A stretch of DNA of 64,000 bases from an uncultured Myxococcales bacterium (GTDB lineage Bacteria; Myxococcota_A; Polyangia; Palsa-1104; JAEUJZ01), in the NCBI GenBank assembly GCA_937868485.1, contig CALMML010000112.1:4161-68160 (forward strand). The letters run 5' to 3'. Of the stretch, positions 61,734 to 64,000 are shown piece by piece. The stretch's first letter is position 1. Every line of letters begins with the position of its first letter. The position numbers and the translations under genes are program-made. The notes beneath the pieces were generated by a model that was not told the DNA's origin, searched no databases, and saw only the letters and a list, made by a program, of their open reading frames with translations.

Positions 61734-63365
61734 TTACGTCGGCAGCTTATGGTGCTGATACAGCTCGCGCAGCTTGAGCTTGTTGAGCTTTCCCGTCGCG
61801 GTATGAGGCAGCTCGCTGACAAACAGGATGTCGTCGGGCAGCCACCACTTTGCGACCTTGCTCGCCAGCACTTGTAGCAGTTCGTCTCGCGTCGTGGACT
61901 GACCCGGCTTACAGATGACCAGCAGCAGCGGTCGCTCTTGCCACGTCGGATGCGCCACGCCGATGACCGCAGCCTCTTGCACCGCTGGGTGAACGAGCGC
62001 TGCATTTTCCAGATCGATCGACGAAATCCACTCGCCGCCGCTCTTGATGACATCCTTGGCGCGGTCGGTGATCTGCATGTAGCCAAACGGATCGATGGTC
62101 GCGACGTCGCCAGTCGCAAACCAGCCGCCTTCGTCGAGAATGTCTCCGCCTTCGCTGCGGAAGTAACGCTTGGTGATCCACGGACCGCGCACCTTGACCA
62201 CGCCGAACGCCTGGCCGTCATTCGGGAGCGTGCGGCCACTGTCATCGACGATCTTTAGCTCGACGCCCCACATGATGCGGCCTTGCTTGACCTTCAGATC
62301 AAGCTGCTGTTCGCGGGTCATCGATTCCCAGTGCCGAGGACGCTGCGACGTGGTGCCAACCGGGCTCATCTCAGTCATGCCCCACAGGTGGATCACATCG
62401 ACGGACAGCTCGGTTTCCAAGCGCGAGATCAGCGTTCGCGCCGCCGCCGATCCACCAATCAGCATCCGCTTGAGGTGCTTGGGCTTCGACTCGGGATGCT
62501 TGTCCAAATGCCCGAGCAGTCCAAGCCACACCGTCGGAACACCGAGAGACAAGGTACAGGACTCGCTGTTGAGCAGATCACAGACGCTGTGTCCGTCGAG
62601 CGACGCGCCCGGAAGCACCAGCTTCGCACCAGCCATCGCCGCCGAGTAGGGAACGCCCCAGCCGCTCGCGTGGAACATCGGAACGATCAGCAGCACGCAC
62701 TCTTGGCTGGACAGCCCGAGCACGTCTTTCATACAGGACGCCATCGCGTGCAGCACCGTCGAGCGATGACTATACAAGACGCCCTTGGGATTGCCGGTGG
62801 TGCCCGACGTGTAGCAGAGCGCCGCCGCCGTGTTTTCATCAAAGTCTGGCCACGAGTAGTCGTCGTTCTGCGCAGCCAGCAGCGCTTCGTACGAGCTGAC
62901 ATACGGATGCGTCGGCCTGGCCTTTTCCGTCACGGCTTCGTCAGCCAGCATCACAAAGTGCTTCACGGTCGGCAGCTCTGGCTTCAGCTTGTCGACGAGC
63001 GGCACAAACGCAGCGTCGTAAAACAGCAGCGTGTCTTCGGCGTGATTGATGATGTAGGTCAGCTGCTCGGGAAACAGGCGCGGATTGACGGTATGCAGCA
63101 CCGCACCGATGCCAGACACCGCGTAGTACAGCTCAAGGTGGCGATGGGTATTCCACGCCAGCGACGCCACACGATCACCGGGCTTTACCCCCAGCGCCAG
63201 CAGCGCTTTGGCCAGCTGTCGAGCGCGCTTGTGGGTAGAACGCCAAGTTCCTCGGTGCATACCATCGGAACAGCGAGAGATGACTTCCGTGTCGCCGTGA
63301 ACTGTATCGGCGTACTCAATCAACGAAGAGACAAGGAGCGGACGGTCTTGCATCAAGCCGAGCAT
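61734..63365 (-). CDS. AMP-dependent acyl-CoA synthetase (long-chain fatty-acid--CoA ligase-like).
   Basis: AMP-binding motif YTSGTTGNPKGV plus adenylation-domain C-terminal motifs. 543 aa. Confidence 0.85.
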   Translation of the reverse strand: MLGLMQDRPLLVSSLIEYADTVHGDTEVISRCSDGMHRGTWRSTHKRARQLAKALLALGVKPGDRVASLAWNTHRHLELYYAVSGIGAVLHTVNPRLFPEQLTYIINHAEDTLLFYDAAFVPLVDKLKPELPTVKHFVMLADEAVTEKARPTHPYVSSYEALLAAQNDDYSWPDFDENTAAALCYTSGTTGNPKGVLYSHRSTVLHAMASCMKDVLGLSSQECVLLIVPMFHASGWGVPYSAAMAGAKLVLPGASLDGHSVCDLLNSESCTLSLGVPTVWLGLLGHLDKHPESKPKHLKRMLIGGSAAARTLISRLETELSVDVIHLWGMTEMSPVGTTSQRPRHWESMTREQQLDLKVKQGRIMWGVELKIVDDSGRTLPNDGQAFGVVKVRGPWITKRYFRSEGGDILDEGGWFATGDVATIDPFGYMQITDRAKDVIKSGGEWISSIDLENAALVHPAVQEAAVIGVAHPTWQERPLLLVICKPGQSTTRDELLQVLASKVAKWWLPDDILFVSELPHTATGKLNKLKLRELYQHHKLPT

Positions 63366-63404
63366 GGTCTGTCCTCCAGGATCTGCGAGTCGCAGATCTC
63401 CAGA

Positions 63405-64000
63405 TTAGCGACCAAACAGACCTGGAAGTCCACCCTTCTGCTGAAGTCGCTTCTGCGCGTCCTGAAGCTGCTGCTGTACGTTGTTCTGAGGCGCAGGCTG
63501 TCCCGACGCTGGCTGCGGATTGGTCGGCAAGCTGGTCGGCAGGTTCGCGGGCAGGTTCGCAGGCAGGCTCGGCAGACCGCCGGTTGCGCCCGTCTGACCG
63601 CTCTGACCGCCCTTGCCCGACAGCACATTGCCGAGCGCGCTCCCCAGCTGACCGCCCACTTGGCCACCGACCTGACCGCCCACTTTGCCGAGCAGCTCTT
63701 GGCCTTTGCCCTTGGCAATCGCCGTCGCCAGCGCCGCCACTGTCTTCACCGGGTCAGCCAGCTGAAACTCTGGCTTCGACAGCGAGCCCACGATCTTGAT
63801 CGCGACCGGAACTGGCACCGCCGGGACAATCTTGCCCGCCGTCAGCTGCGAGACGAGCCCCGGCTGAAGCTGGAGATCGCCCAGCATGTCCAAGCTCTTG
63901 TCGAGCCCAATCGATCCGCCAAGCGAGATCACGCCTTCGTCGCTGGTAAAGCGAATCGGCGAGTTTGCGTGCAGCCGTCCGTCACTGATCCGAAGCTGCG
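63405..64000 (-). CDS. AsmA-family-like protein, C-terminal part only; the 5' end lies beyond the window end.
   Basis: The frame stays open through position 64000 (LRISDGRLHANSPIRFTSDEGVISLGGSIGLDKSL...). Gly/Gln-rich tail. Confidence 0.4.
   Translation of the reverse strand, partial: QLRISDGRLHANSPIRFTSDEGVISLGGSIGLDKSLDMLGDLQLQPGLVSQLTAGKIVPAVPVPVAIKIVGSLSKPEFQLADPVKTVAALATAIAKGKGQELLGKVGGQVGGQVGGQLGSALGNVLSGKGGQSGQTGATGGLPSLPANLPANLPTSLPTNPQPASGQPAPQNNVQQQLQDAQKRLQQKGGLPGLFGR

Noticed and set aside
61544-61777. 77 aa plus-strand ORF in the parA upstream region.
   Set aside because: Short. No RBS or recognisable motif. It lies in a probable promoter region.

Overview
This is a 64 kb high-GC segment (roughly 65-68% GC by eye) with Myxococcota hallmarks. 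It carries a MYXO-CTERM-tagged secreted protease, several Hanks-type Ser/Thr kinases, an FHA/sigma-54 regulator, a TolQ plus two TolR cluster like the AglRQS gliding motor, many lipobox lipoproteins, and parA-parB. I support about 50 protein-coding genes, listed below. I found no rRNA, tRNA or CRISPR array by eye. Most notable observations: (1) A Ser/Thr kinase gene is split at its catalytic loop (HRDIKPS | NIMIEQ...DFG) by a ~4.5 kb block containing cysNC, cysD and a ClC channel. The block is flanked by a 7-bp direct repeat (CCGTCTA). (2) Two strongly AT-rich patches lie inside the kinase's C-terminal repeat domain. (3) A candidate membrane-spanning partner-switching module pairs a GHKL anti-sigma-like kinase with a protein built of two STAS domains (each with a C4 zinc ribbon), a TM helix and a periplasmic PDZ. 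(4) Seven 42-bp palindrome-bearing tandem repeats sit upstream of a yfgM-like/bamB-like operon. (5) A UvrD-like helicase is translationally coupled to a PHP/EndoQ-like nuclease. (6) A fungalysin-like MYXO-CTERM protease neighbours a BNR-propeller protein. Coordinates near 1860-1925 may be off by about 1 bp: my base count disagreed with the ORF-track frames on one sequence line.
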